Assembly (NCBI RefSeq): GCF_963921235.1
Contig: NC_086097.1
Coordinates: 165,232,001-165,296,000 of the forward strand
Source: Mobula hypostoma
Taxonomy: Eukaryota
Length of the DNA: 64,000 nucleotides
Reading direction: 5' to 3'
The notes beneath the pieces are model-generated. The model was not told where the DNA came from and did no database searches. It saw only the letters and a program-made list of their open reading frames with translations. Position 1 is the first letter of the stretch; each line of letters opens with the position of its first letter. Made by a program: the position numbers and the translations under genes. Positions 39,244 through 52,500 of the stretch are shown in pieces.

Positions 39244-39528
39244 ATTATATTTTGTTCTGTTTTATGTTCTGTGTGATATTTTGTGGGCGCTCTGCAGTCC
39301 AGAAGAATGTTTCATTTGGTTGCATACATATACAATAGTAAGATGACAATGAACTTGAACTAATACGGTTGTCACACAAATTCAGTGACCTAGGTTCAGT
39401 CCAGACTTTCATGTTGTCTATATGGAATACGTGTGTTCCCATGTGACTGTGTGGACTTCTTTGTGTGATCCAGTTGCTCCCACATCATAGAGATCTGCAA
39501 GTAGGTTAATTCAGTAAATTACCTTAAA

Positions 39529-40476
39529 TGCAGCATCTCCAAGTTTGCGGATGACACGAAGCTGGGTGGCAGTGTTAGCAGTGAGGAGGATGCTAAGAGG
39601 ATGCAGGGTGACTTGGATAGGTTGGGTGAGTGGGCAAACTCATGGCAGATGCAATTTAATGTGGATAAATGTGAAGTTATCCACTTTGGTGGCAAAAATA
39701 GGAAAACAGATTATTATCTGAATGGTGGCCGATTAGGAAAAGGGGAGGTGCAACGAGACCTGGGTGTCATTATACACCAGTCATTGAAAGTGGGCATGCA
39801 GGTACAGCAGGCGGTGAAAAAGGCGAACGGTATGCTGGCATTTATAGCGAGAGGATTCGAGTACAGGAGCAGGGAGGTACTACTGCAGTTGTACAAGGCC
39901 TTGGTGAGACCACACCTGGAGTATTGTGTGCAGTTTTGGTCCCCTAATCTGAGGAAAGACATCTTTGCCATAGAGGGAGTACAAAGAAGGTTCACCAGAT
40001 TGATTCCTGGGATGGCAGGTCTTTCATATGAAGAAAGACTGGATGAACTGGGCTTGTACTCGTTGGAATTTAGAAGATTGAGGGGGGATCTGATTGAAAC
40101 GTATAAGATCCTAAAGGGATTGGACAGGCTAGATGCAGGAAGATTGTTCCCGATGTTGGGGAGGTCTAGAACGAGGGGTCACAGTTTGAGGATAGAGGGG
40201 AAGCCTTTTAGGACCGAGGTTAGGAAAAACTTCTTCACACAGAGAGTGGTGAATCTGTGGAATTCTCTGCCACAGCAAACTGTTGAGGCCAGTTCATTAG
40301 CTATGTTTAAAAGGAAGTTAGATATGGCCCTTGTGGCTACAGGGGTCAGGGGGTATGGAGGGAAGGCTGGGTTCTGAGTTGGATGATCAGCCATGATCAT
40401 AATAAATGGCGGTGCAGGCTCGAAGGGCCGAATGGCCTACTCCTGCACCTATTTTCTATGTTTCTATGTTTCTATG
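39529..40476 (+). mobile_element. Young 5'-truncated CR1 LINE
   Basis: Open frame from KFADD to the stop (39601-40377, 258 aa). Tail tttctatgtttctatgtttctatg. Same subfamily as 11236-13010. Confidence 0.95.
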
Positions 40477-40919
40477 TCGGTGGTGAGAGCATTAGAGATT
40501 TGCTGGGTATGTAAGTATTATTGACTCAGTAAGCTGAATTGCTTTTTGTAAATATTGTAAGGAAATATGGAAATTTTTCTTAACTAGACTGGGGAGAAAA
40601 ATGGGGCGTATTTTTCAAGTAATAAGAAATTAATGGAATTTACAGGGGAATTGAGAAATAATTGTCACTTAATCATACTATGTTTGAGTTGAGAATGATG
40701 GGGCAGGCTTGAGGGGCCTGATGGCCAACTCATGCTCTTTCCTTGTGTGCTCTGCTTACAGAGAGTTGTTTAATTTTGAATCAACTGTCTTATGTTTCCA
40801 GTTTATACTTTGAAGTGATGACCTGAGAATCATCTTGGAAACAATGAATTCCTTTCACAAGTTAGTATGAGGATTTTTTGCATTACGGTATCCTATTTAG
40901 TCACCTCCATCAATCATCA

Positions 40920-41720
40920 TTTCTGTTGGATTGTTCCACATGGATCTGTTCTGGGATCCTTCCTCTTTGTGATTTTTATAAATGACCTGGATGAGGAAGC
41001 AGAAGGGTGAGTTAGTAGGTTTGTTGATGACACAAAAGTTGGGGGCGTTATGGATAGTCTGGAGGGTTGTCAGATGTTACAGCAGGACTTCAATAGGATG
41101 CAGAACTGGGCTGAGATGTGGCAGATGGAATTAACCCAGATAAGTGTGAAGTGGTTCATTTTGATAGGTCAAGTTTGAAGACAGAATATAATATGAATGG
41201 TAAGACTCTTTGCAGTCTGAAAGACAGGGAAATCTTGGTGTCCGGGTCCATAGGATACTCAGAGCTGCTGCACAGGTTGACAGTGTTGTTAAGGCATATG
41301 GTGTGTTGGCCTTCATCAACTGTGGAATTGAGTTCAAGAGCCGTGAGCAAATATTATAGCTATACAAGACTTTAGACCCCACTTGGAGTACTGTGTTCAG
41401 TTCTGGTCATCTCACTACAGGAAAGATGTGGATACTATAGAGAGAATACAGAAGAGATTTACAAGGATGTTTCCTGAATTGGAGAGCATGCCTTATGAGA
41501 ATAGTTTGAGTGAACTTGGCCTTTTCTCCTTGAAGTGATGGAGGATGAGAGGTGACCTGATAGGGGTGTATAAGATGATGAGAGGCATTGATCATTGGAT
41601 AGCCAGAGGCTTTTCCCCCAGGGCTGAAATGGTTGACATGAGGGAGCATAGTTTTAAGATGCTTGGAAGTAGGTACAAGGGGAAATGGCAAAGGAAAGTT
41701 TTTCACACAGAGTGGTAAGT
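40920..41720 (+). mobile_element. Old CR1 RT fragment
   Basis: VPHGSVLG, FVDDTKV and PHLEYCVQFW motifs, disrupted. Confidence 0.75.
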
Positions 41721-41737
41721 GAGTTGGTCTTTTAAGA

Positions 41738-41900
41738 CAGGGGTCCCCAACCTTTTTTGCACCACGGACTGGCCGACGGAGGGGGGTTGTTAATCACGAC
41801 CGGAATATAGGTGATAAGTTAACTAAAAGTCACTTATAAGTGGCTAATACACTCAATTTCGTTTCTAGAAGGGTTTATCTAACGAACTTAGTATTAAGCA
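41738..41900 (+). mobile_element. hAT (Charlie-like) left-end fragment
   Basis: caggggtccccaaccttttt terminus; no matching right end found. Confidence 0.55.
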
Positions 41901-42494
41901 CACCATATATTTGATGCCGTGCAACATCAATGATATTCTAAATGCTCAGTCATGTTATGAGTATAGACTACTTGAGATGGAGTATGGGTGGGGGTAGGAA
42001 TCAAAATTAATGTAATCATGTTTTCACTTAAATCGAAGATGTCCTCAATGGTGGGGGGAGGGGGCTTGTACCCATGATCAAGCTTGCTCAGTCTACAACC
42101 GTCAGCAACCTCTTTCAATCCTGTGCACTGATTTTCAGGAACCTGGACCCTTTCTACCACTGACCCCTCAGTGAGGATTGGTGTGTGATCTCTTGGCTTC
42201 CCATTCCTGAAGTCCCCAGTTAATTTCTTCATCTTTGCTGACATTGACTGCATGATTGTTGTTGTGACACCACTCAACCAGCTGGTCTATCTTGGGCCTG
42301 CATGCTTCTGAGATTCTGCCAACAACCTGTGGTTGTGAAAAAGGATATAGTGCTTTCCCGGCATATATGACGAATAAGCTCTTGGGTTACTGGTATCAAT
42401 TTTAACCAATGTTTCGATAACAAACTGTCATCTTCATCAGGGATGATATTGTGATTGGGGGCTCTGAAGGTGTAGATCCAACTCTTGTTTGAAG

Positions 42495-45400
42495 CATGGG
42501 TCCAATATCCTAGCACAGATTTAATAGAGTTGTTAGGGAGGGTTTAAACTAATTTGGCAGGAGGATCGGGCTTAGTGATAGGGCTGAGGAAGGGGGAAAC
42601 AAATAAATCAAAGATAGCGTGTAACAGAGATGATAGAAAGGACAGGCAGGAGGTTAGGCATAATCACAGCCAATGGGATGATTTACAGGGCAATGGAGGC
42701 ATGGTGTAGTTAAAACAGAAAGCAACAAATACTGGACTGAAAGTGTTATATTTGAATGCACGCAGCATAAGAAATAAAATGGACAATCTTCAAATTCAGC
42801 TACAGGTTGGCAAGTATGATGTTGTGGCCATCTCTGAAACTTGGCGAAAGGATGACTGCCATTGGGAGCTGAACATCCAAGGATATACAATGTATCAAAA
42901 AGATAGGTTAGTAGGCAGAGGGGGTGGTGAAATAATATTAAATCATTAAAAAGGGATGACATGGGATCGGAAGGTGTAGACTCTCAGGGTTGAGTTAAGA
43001 AATGGCAGGGGTAAAAGGGACCATAATGGCAGTTGTATACAGGCCTCTAAACAGCAGCCAGGATGTGGATTACAAATTACAACAGGAGATCGAAAAGGTG
43101 TGTAAGAAAGGCAATGTCATGACAAGCGTTGGGGATTTTAACATGAAAGTGAATTGGGAAAACCAGGTCAGCACTAGACCTCGAGAGAATTTGTAGATGG
43201 CTTTTTAGAACAGCTTGTTGAGCCCACTAGGAGGATCGGCTGTGCTGAATTGGGTATTGTGCAATGATCCAGAGGTGGCAGTAGAGCTTAAGGTTAAGGA
43301 ACCCTTGAGGAACAATGATCACAAAATTATTGAGTTCACTTTGAATTTTCAGAAGGAGGAACTAAATTCCAATGTGTCATTTCAGTGGAATAAAGGAAAT
43401 TACAATGGCGTGAGAGGGGAACTGACCAAGGTAGACTGGAAAGGGACACTAGCAAGATGGACAGCAGAGCAGCAAAGGCTGGAGTTTCTGCAAAAAATGA
43501 GGGAACTGCAAGACAGATATATTCCAAATAAGAAATTTTTGAATGGAAGAAGGATACTACCGTGGCTGTTAAGTGAAGTCAGAGCCAAAGTAAAAGCAAA
43601 AGAGAAGGCATGCAAGGAAGCCAAAGCTAGTGGGAAGATAGACAATTGGGAAGCTTTTAAAAACTTGCAGAAGGAAACTAAGGTGATCATTAGGAAGGAA
43701 AAGATGAATAATGAAAGGAAGCTGGTGACAAATATCAAAGAAGATACTAAAAGCTTTTTTTAAAGTATATAAAGGGTAAAAGAGAGTTGAGGGTAGATAT
43801 AGGACCAATAGGAAATGATGCTGGAGATATTGTATTGAGAGACGCAGAGAAGGCAGAGGAACTGAATGCGTATTTTGCATCAGTCTTCACAGTGGAAGAC
43901 ACCTGCAGTGTACTGGATATTCAAGAAAGTCAGGGAAGTGAAGTATGTGCAGTGAAAATTACAACTGAGAAGGTGCTCAGAAAGCTCAATGATCTGAGGG
44001 TGGATAAATCTCCTGGACCTGATGGAATGCACACTTGGGTTCCAAGGGAAGTAGCTGGAGAGATTGCGGAGGTATTAACAATGATCTTCCAAGAAATGAT
44101 AGATTCTGGCATTTTACAGGATGACTGGAAAATTGCAAATGTTACTCCACTATTTAAGAATGGTGGCAAGCAGCAGAAAGGAAACTATAGACCTGTTAAC
44201 CTGACATCAGTGTTAGAATCGATTGTTAGGGATGAGATTACAGAGAACCTGGAGGCACAGAACAAAGTAGGCCAAGGCCAGCATGGTTTCCTGAAAGGAA
44301 AATCCTACCTGACTAACCTCCTGCAATTTTTTGAGGAGATTACAAACAGGGTAGACAAAGGAGATGCAGTAGATGTGATGTACTTGGATTTTCAGAAGAC
44401 CTTTGACAAGGTGCCGCACATGAGATTGCTTAGCAAGATAAGAGCCCGTGGAATTACAGAGAAGTTACCAACACGGGTGGAGCATTGGCTGATCAGCAGT
44501 AAACAGAGATTGGGGATATCAGTGGAGTTCCACAAGAGTCGGTGTTGGGGCTGCCGCTTCTTATGATTTATCTCAATGATTTGGAATATGGGATTAATGG
44601 ACTTGTAGCTAAATTTGCCAATGATACAAAGATAGTTGGAGGAGCGGGTAGTGTTGAGGAAACGGGGAGCCTGCAGAGAGACTTAGATAGTTTAGGGGAA
44701 TGGGCAAAGAAGTGACAAATGAAATACAATGTTGGAAAGTGTATGGTCATGCACTTTGAAAGAAATAACTGGGCAAACTACTATTTAGATGGGGAGAGAA
44801 TTCAAAGTGCAGAGATGCAAAGGGACTTGGGAGTCCTTGTGCAAGATACTCTGAAGGTTAACCTCCAGGTTGAGTCGGTGGTGAAGACAAATGCACTGTT
44901 GGCATTCATTTCTAGAGGTATAGAATATAGGAGCAGGGATGTGATGTTGAGGCTCTATAAGGCACTTGTGAGACCACACTTGGAGCATTGTCTGCAGTTT
45001 TGGGCTCCTTATTTTAGAAAGGATATACTGACATTGGAGAGGGTTCAGAGAAGGTTCACAAGAATGATTCCAGGAATGAAGGGGTTACCATATGAAGAAC
45101 GTCTGGCAGCTCTCGGACTGTATTCCCCGGAGTTCAGGAGAATGAGGGGGGGATCTCATAGAAACATTCCAAATGTTAAAAGGCCTGAACGGATTAGATA
45201 CGGCAAAGTTATTTCCCATGGTAGGGGATTCTAGGACAAGAGCGCAGGACTTCAGGATTGAAGGACATCCATTTAGAACAGAGATGCGGAGAAATTGCTT
45301 TAGTCAGAGGGTGGTAAATCTGTGGCGTTTGTTGCCACAAGTGACTGTGGAGGCCAAGTCATTGGGTGTATTTAAGGCAGAGATAGGTTCTTGATTAGCC

Positions 45401-45529
45401 AGGGCATCAAAGGTTATGGGGAGAAGGCAGATTGGTGGGGACACTTGGAAGAATTGGATCAGCCCATGATTGAATGGCAGAGCAGACTCAGTGGGCTGAA
45501 TGGCCTACTTCTGCTCCTATATCTTATGA
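42495..45529 (+). mobile_element. CR1 LINE: ORF1 end, disrupted ORF2 (APE + RT), 3'UTR
   Basis: GEGLN* ORF1 end; LYLNARSIRNK; GDFN; YLDFQKTFDKVPH; KFAND; tail cctatatcttatg. Confidence 0.93.
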
Positions 45530-45770
45530 GCCGCCATGCTTCTGTCCTAGCAGCTGCTTGGTGAATCTGTAGGGATTTGCAGTATTGGGATTGACATATT
45601 TTACGCTTTTAAATCCTGTAATATTTCTAACACAAAATGTTGCTTATGTTGTATTTAGTTACTGTAAATTAATATTTGAAATGGATATAAGGCTTTTAGC
45701 AAAAACAATGTAGTCTCTTCTTGACTATTACTGTCCATTGCAAATTTACAAAGCTGATCTTATTTGAAGT

Positions 45771-45901
45771 CCTGACGAGGGGTCTTGGCCCAAAATGTCA
45801 ACTGTACCTCTTCCAATAGATGCTGCCTGGCCTGCTGCGTTCCACCAGCATTTTGTGTGTGTTGCTTGAATTTCCAGCATCTGCAGATTTCCTCGTGTTT
45901 G
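45771..45901 (+). mobile_element. Solo Penelope-like 3' terminus (no inverted arm), starting at the hammerhead motif
   Basis: 12-bp TSD cttatttgaagt at 45759-70 and 45902-13. Confidence 0.8.
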
Positions 45902-46527
45902 CTTATTTGAAGTTTACAGCTTTGATACATAACTAACTGCATTGTGCATAAATCCTTGTAAAATCATGTACTGAGCAATTCTGTGCTATTTCTGCAGTCA
46001 TAGGTATTCACACAGTAAAAAATGATGACATTATACTTTATTAATATAATTTATAACCTTCCCTTGTGTATTTGCTATAATTTGCCAAAAATACTATCAA
46101 ATAATAGCAATTTAGATCTAGAACAGTCAAGCAAATTTCGTGACTTTGATGAAATTACACTGCCACTGGTAATGGAATTATTATTTTTGATGGTCTTTCT
46201 GTTTCCTTAATTTCCTTCGAAGTGTGTACTCTTCAGGCTGCTTAGTTTTGGCCATCCAAAAAAGGGGTGTTAACTTAACAGCAGAATCTGTACAAGGTTT
46301 TATTCTTTCCATTCCATATCTTGACTTGCTAATAATGGATCAGTGAGACATCTTCACAGGAAAGATGTAAAGTGTCCTTAATCGGACAAGTATTATTATT
46401 GACTTAGTAGGTGAGATTTATTAATTTTTATTGTGATAGATTTCATATTCTGATGCCAGTTAATTTTTAAAGGTATCCCCTAAAGAATTTCCAATAAAGA
46501 AATGTATTTGCATTCCATAACTGAATA

Positions 46528-46963
46528 CAGGTCGACCTTCTATAATCCGGCACCGTTGAGACCTGAGGAGTGCCGGATTAGTGAAAATGCCAAATTACAG
46601 AAGGATCACATTAAGCAATAGCTAACCGCCTCATGATACCTTTTAAAATATCAAAGGATTCAAAGGTTCATTTAATGTCAGAGAAATGTATACAATATAC
46701 ATCCTGCAATGCTTTTTCTTCGCAACCATCTGCGAAAACAGAGGAATGCCCCAAAGAATGAACAACAGTTATAACCCCTAAGTTTTCCTCCCCCTGCGCA
46801 CGTAAGCGGCAATCAGCAACAATTTCCCCCTCCCCACCGGCAAAAAATAAAGCGCACACACTACCAGCACTTAAGTGTGAGCTAAGCGATGGCAAAGACT
46901 TAGACTTGCAGTTACTCCAAAGACTACATTGCACTCGCAGTTATTGAGGGAATCCTTGTTAGC

Positions 46964-47000
<37 letters not shown>

Positions 47001-47402
47001 AGGTCACCACGTCTGATCTGAGGTCATGGGCAGAAGAGAATGGACCGCTGGCCGGGCGACGCCGGAGGGCAGTGCGCAACTGCTGGCAGGTGGGCGAGAA
47101 GGCGGACTGACCTAGCACGCGTCAGCTCCCCTGCTGCTGGCGGGTGAGACGGCCGGGTGCCGGGCGGCTGTGCCTCATGCAAGTTATATTAATAAATGCA
47201 GGAAGACAAGCAGGAATCGCCTGTCTGTGCTTACAAGAGTGTGCCAACACGTAAACAGATCTAGCGCAACCAAAACAATGCGCAGCAAAGTGGTACGGTG
47301 GCCTGGAAAATTCGAAATTACGGTTGCGCGGAAAATTTGAAATCAGTGTAGATTATCGAAGAAACTAGATAACAGGTAGTCGGATTAGTGAAAGTCGACC
47401 TG
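46528..47402. mobile_element. Tigger/Pogo-like non-autonomous DNA transposon containing a LINE 3'-tail insertion (~46653-46945, minus strand)
   Basis: TA TSD. TIRs caggtcgaccttctataatccg / caggtcgactttcactaatccg. The inserted tail matches ~28655-28862 in the opposite orientation. Confidence 0.8.
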
Positions 47403-47449
47403 TACCTCAAGAAAAATGCAATTTGTATTCTTTCTTTTTCAGATAAAGG

Positions 47450-47482
47450 ATGACCAAATTATTGCCTGAAACAGGCAGCTGA
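47450..47482 (+). promoter_or_regulatory. Upstream ORF (MTKLLPETGS*) in the 5'UTR part of the ANKRD12 exon
   Basis: ATG ACC AAA TTA TTG CCT GAA ACA GGC AGC TGA. It starts 7 nt into the exon, has A at -3, and ends 25 nt before the main ATG. Confidence 0.65.
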
Positions 47483-47507
47483 GGAGAAAGGATTAAAAAG
47501 CTGTAAA

Positions 47508-47594
47508 ATGCCCAAATCTGGGTCTTCCAGAACAGCACAGACTGAAAGTTCTGATAGCAACAGCAACATGGTTGAAAAACAGACTGGAAGGAAG
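47508..47594 (+). CDS. ANKRD12: First coding exon segment of ankyrin repeat domain-containing protein 12 (exon 47443-47594; 29 codons, phase-0 donor)
   Basis: Polypyrimidine tract plus AG acceptor (ttctttctttttcAG, 47441-42), ATG at 47508, donor AAG|gtaggt at 47594/5. Translation MPKSGSSRTAQTESSDSNSNMVEKQTGRK matches the human ANKRD12 N-terminus as I recall it ([29 protein letters not shown]) better than ANKRD11 (MPKGG...DMVEKQTGKK). Confidence 0.88.
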
Positions 47595-48846
47595 GTAGGT
47601 TATGCTTTATAATAGAATATTCTTGGAAATAATTTGTTTACAGGCATGTCTTTGTAATTTTGTAATAAAACTAAGAACATTTTCAGAAACAAATTCATTA
47701 AAAACTTGTTAGATTTGTAGTTCTGGAATACAGTTTTCAAAGATATATTAATTTTTAATTACTTTCCAAAGGACTTCCTAAATTCATATTTAGTAACCTT
47801 TTCTTTCCAATGAAAGTGTTACTAGAATTTACATGATATCCTTTTCTGATTATCTTTGTCAGGAATACTTGGTTTGAGTATTCATTACTTGTTTGGATGA
47901 GTTATCTGGTAGCAGATGGAAGTCTTTAATTTGTAAGGAGTTTGAATTTCTATTCATATAATTATATTTACTGTTTCATTTCCTGCATGGTAGTTTCCAG
48001 AAATGTGTTTGTCACTCTGGGGTGGAGCAGAATTGAACATTCAAATTTACATGTTTACTCCATTCTGCATCCGAGAAATAAATGAATTTTGTAGATTTCT
48101 GTTCAGATATGATTTGTCTTCAAACCTTCCAGATAGCGTAAGGTATCTTTAATGGAAGTATATAACATTGTCAGATAAATTCATCTTCTTTGCACATCTA
48201 TCACATAGACATAATTTTCCAAAAATAATATTTTTTTTCCCGATTCAATGAATCTGAATTTAAAATCCAATTGAGTCACTACTTTCAAATATTTTCTCTC
48301 TCTCCTATCCAGTCCCTGAAGAATGAGGATGACATCCATTCCAGTTTGTGGTTTCTGCATTGATTGATATGAGATCTGCTGTTAGTGCCACAAGTGGGGC
48401 TGGATTGTTTGGTGGGGTGGGGGAACAATATAGTTTTGTGAGGTGATGCATTCCTTTTGCTTTTTAAGGTGAACTTCTGTGTGTTCCTGAGCTGAATGGT
48501 CTCAGTGCTATCCATATAATTTCAATATTTTTGTATTTTTAAACAACATGGAAGGAGCCCATTTAACCCAATGAGATGATTAGGCTCTTGGGCTCATTCC
48601 TCCTTTATTCCTCCTGTAACCTATATTTCACATGCCATCAGCTCCCGTGCTGATTCTCCTGTTGCCCACCTACACCGGTGAGAAATTTACAGTGGCCAAT
48701 TAAAGGTCACACCTTTAGGACATAGAAGGAAGCAGAGCACCTGGAGAAAATGTATACAGTTATAGGAAGAATGTGCAAACTTCACACAGACAGCATCTGA
48801 GGTTGGTATCAAACTTGGGTCACTGGAGTTTTGCATAGCATCTGTA

Positions 48847-49535
48847 TGTAAGGGGTTTCTTCTTTTACGTTACTGCGTAGGCTAGTTAAAATGACTTCTT
48901 TGTTATGTTAACTGCTGAGAAAGTTCTCTCGCTAGCAGCTTGTTTGGGTTATATTATTGATAAGAGAGCAAACGAACCATTGGGATAGATGTTATTCTTG
49001 TGCGTCTGTAAGCTATTGTGATACACGGGTTTTTGGGACAGAAGGTGCGATGGGGAGAGAGAGTGGACGCGGTGCTGTGAGCTGGCTAACGGGGTCGGAC
49101 CCCGAGCAAGAGTCCGAGGTCCAGGGTCTTCGGCGAGGAGAGGAGACGGAGACAGACTCGTGTGGAGCGTCTGGTCAACCACTGTGGTTGTTCCCAGGCG
49201 GCGGGTCGAAATGGTGAGAGGGGACCGAATGGTGAAGTGAGGATCATTACTCGAGCTCCAACTGTTTGTGCATGAAGTGATTGAACTTTGATAAGTTTTT
49301 AAAAGTTTAGCCTTTTATTTTCCTTTTATATTCTATCTACTAATTATATAGTTCCAGTAATATCTATAAATTGTAATCAATTAATCGCATATGGTGTTTT
49401 CTCTGTGATTTGGCAGGGAGGGGTACATCACACAGCATCCACACAAACTTAATTACCCAGTTTGGCAGGGCCGAAGTCTGCTTCCCCTAGACGACAACGA
49501 GTTGAGCGAGCCTAAGGTTTACCAGGGGTACTACA
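48847..49535. mobile_element. Solo LTR (689 bp)
   Basis: TGTA...TACA termini. 4-bp TSD tgta at 48843-46 and 49536-39. No coding remnant. It interrupts a SINE. Confidence 0.7.
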
Positions 49536-52500
49536 TGTAATTGCTGTGCTAAAAACTTGTGGACCATAGATTCCTAGTTCTAAAAGGGAGTATTTTAAAA
49601 GTAATGTTTCAGGATCATTGTTGTATTTTTTCTGTCTACCTGTAATCTCCTTTATGATAGAGCTCAGAATAATATGTCTGTTTTATGGAGTCTGGTATTA
49701 GGCACACAAATGATGTAGCTTATCCAGCTGAGGCAACTGAATGTAATTGGGGCCTCATTGCCGGGGTACTTGTCCTGGAAGAGAATACTGACCTTTCTTT
49801 TCTTCTTGAGCCAGTCAGTTTAAGATTCTGCTGCAGGATTATTATTGGTATTACTCCTGTGCTGTGTAGGATGTCAATGCCTATGAAATGTAAAGGAAGG
49901 CAGAGATCTCTGTTGCCATGGGAACTAAGAGTTTTTTGCCCATTTCCCATGAAGAAAGCAATGCTAGTGCATTGAAGGTAATTTTTTTCTCTCAACATCT
50001 GCCTATACTCAAAGCTTGCTTTTGTTATGATGAGAGAAATCCATTGAACCTTGTGACTCCTTTGGTCAAGGGTTGGAGGCCTGTCTGTGTTGTGGTGGGA
50101 GAGAAGGTAGGAAAGAGGTTTGTTTGCTAGCTGCTATTCTGTTGTGTTATTCTGCTGAGCTTTGTGGGCATGCTATATTAACAGTGCAATGTGTGGTGAC
50201 GCTTGTGGGCTGTCCCAGCATTTCCTTCGGTGCGTTGGATGTTAACACAAAATGACATGTTACACTGTATATTTCAATAAACATATGACAAATAAATCTG
50301 AATCCAACTCAACAGTCCAGTCAGTTCCATTCTCCTCTTTGACCTGCCACTTATTTTTGTCATATGCTAATTATGTCTCCTTTTGATTCTTGTGCTACCT
50401 ATCTACACCTCTTTTTTTCTGTAGACAGCGAACTTGCCTTCTCATCTTTCGGACATGAATTTGGAACACCTGGCAGAAATGCACATAACCATGGAGAGAA
50501 CCTGTAAACTCTACACAAAGGATTTAATATGCTGCAAAATGCATTTTAGTTACTGTGTCAGTAACATGTGCGAATATCATGTCATAATAATAACTCACAA
50601 AATGAAGGATTGACATCCTCGCTATAGTTCTAAAGATTTGTGTCCCACGCTAGAACAGACTTCTGGTTAAGCATGTGGTATTTTTACATCTGATTTTCAA
50701 AATCCAGTCATCCTCTTTGGACATTCAGTGGCTTATTACTATTGCCAAATCCTATTCAGTCAACTTCCTGGGCGTTGCCACTTCCTGGTATCTTAACTGG
50801 ATCAACCACAGTCATGCCATGACTGCAAGAGTATAGATTGTTCAATAACAAATGATAACAATCCTGATCACAAAAGCTATTTGTCTTCTGTGGTTTCTTC
50901 CCACCAGAAAGCACAAGTCAGGAACGATGAAATATCTCCATTTGTTAGAAACTAAGGCATTTCTGATGACTTTTAACAGGTTCAGTACTATATTTTTAAA
51001 AAAAAGGTTGATTGCAAATCCCACCCCTAACATCCTCTTTCTTGAATATTCACATTTAACCCTGTCAGATGTATCCTCTAAGATGTACTAGAAGCCTGAA
51101 TATGCTTTTCCAACCACCTAGGATCACAGGTTCAGTATTTCAAGATAATAATATACAAATTCTCTTCCAAGCTGCATACCATTATATCTTATAGGAAATG
51201 GGTTTCTGTGCCTGCATTTTCCCTGAGTTAGAATCCTGAACTTTTATTATTGTGATATCTCATGTTGGAAAGTAAATTTGGTAATTTTTTTCTTATTGTC
51301 ACATCTACTGAGATGCTGTGAAAAAGCTTTTGTTTGTGTGTCATTCAGACAGATAATTCCAGAGATGAGTAAATCAAGATAATAAAAGAGAAGTGTTACA
51401 ATTACAGAGAAAGTACAGTACAGGTAGACAAAGTGGAAGGGCAATGACTATGTAAATTGGAAGATCAAGAGCTTGTCTTTTGGTGTGTGAGAGATCTGTT
51501 CAAGAGATTTTATAACAGCAGAATGGAAGCTGGAAGCTGTCCTTGAGACTGATGGTACATGTAGGTACATAGCTATTTTTCATCACTACAGTCAGAGTAC
51601 GATTTCTCTCTGACTCCAGGAGATGAAGCAGACATTTTACTATGCACCTTCTCAAGAGCAGTTCGCATTAGAAAATAAATGGAGTATTTCCCATGAGTTG
51701 AAAAGATGAAAAAAAAACAGTTGGTGTCATTTTCAGACAGTTTAATGGTAGAGGAAATTGACAGATCAGGTCTGATCTGAACATCCATTCTTTTCATTTG
51801 TGTATAAGAGCTATTAATATTATCTGATGGTGGCAACCTGCAATGAAATAGTTTGACTGAAAACCACTTCATTCTGGTGCACAATTTTTCAAAAGTGCAT
51901 CTGTTAAGTACATAGTTTTTATTGTGTAGGCTGGATCCTTTTCTCTGTTATGGGGATGGTGTAGAGACAACTTGAAAATACTAAAAGTTACTGAGAGGCT
52001 AAGTGAGGCAATATTACGTATGACGTGCTTCCAACTAACTAAATTCCAAGTTGAAGAAGTACATTTAATCCTTTATTACAAATCAACAATAAAATCATTG
52101 GACTATTCCATAATTCATGTAAAAGTAATAGGATCAAATTGAAACAAGGACGAGCGGTCAGTGAAAATATCTGCTCCCTACTCACCCCCTTTCTGTTCTA
52201 CCAAACAGGTGACTATATTCATTTATTTTAACCGCTAATTCCCACCCAAACCCAATGACGAATTACCTTAACCCAGAATGAAGGTACACAACATAAATTC
52301 AATACAGACAGACAATAAATGGGTACATGGCTACTGCATCCAATTATAATACTATAATAATTACATTTATTTATTACTTATTACTGAATAGGAAACATGA
52401 AATCCTTAAGGATAAACATATTGTCAGCACATTTTAACATTATGCAAATGTCATCTTTCTTCTTTAAACCAAGTCCTGTAACAGTCATCTGGGCCAGAGG

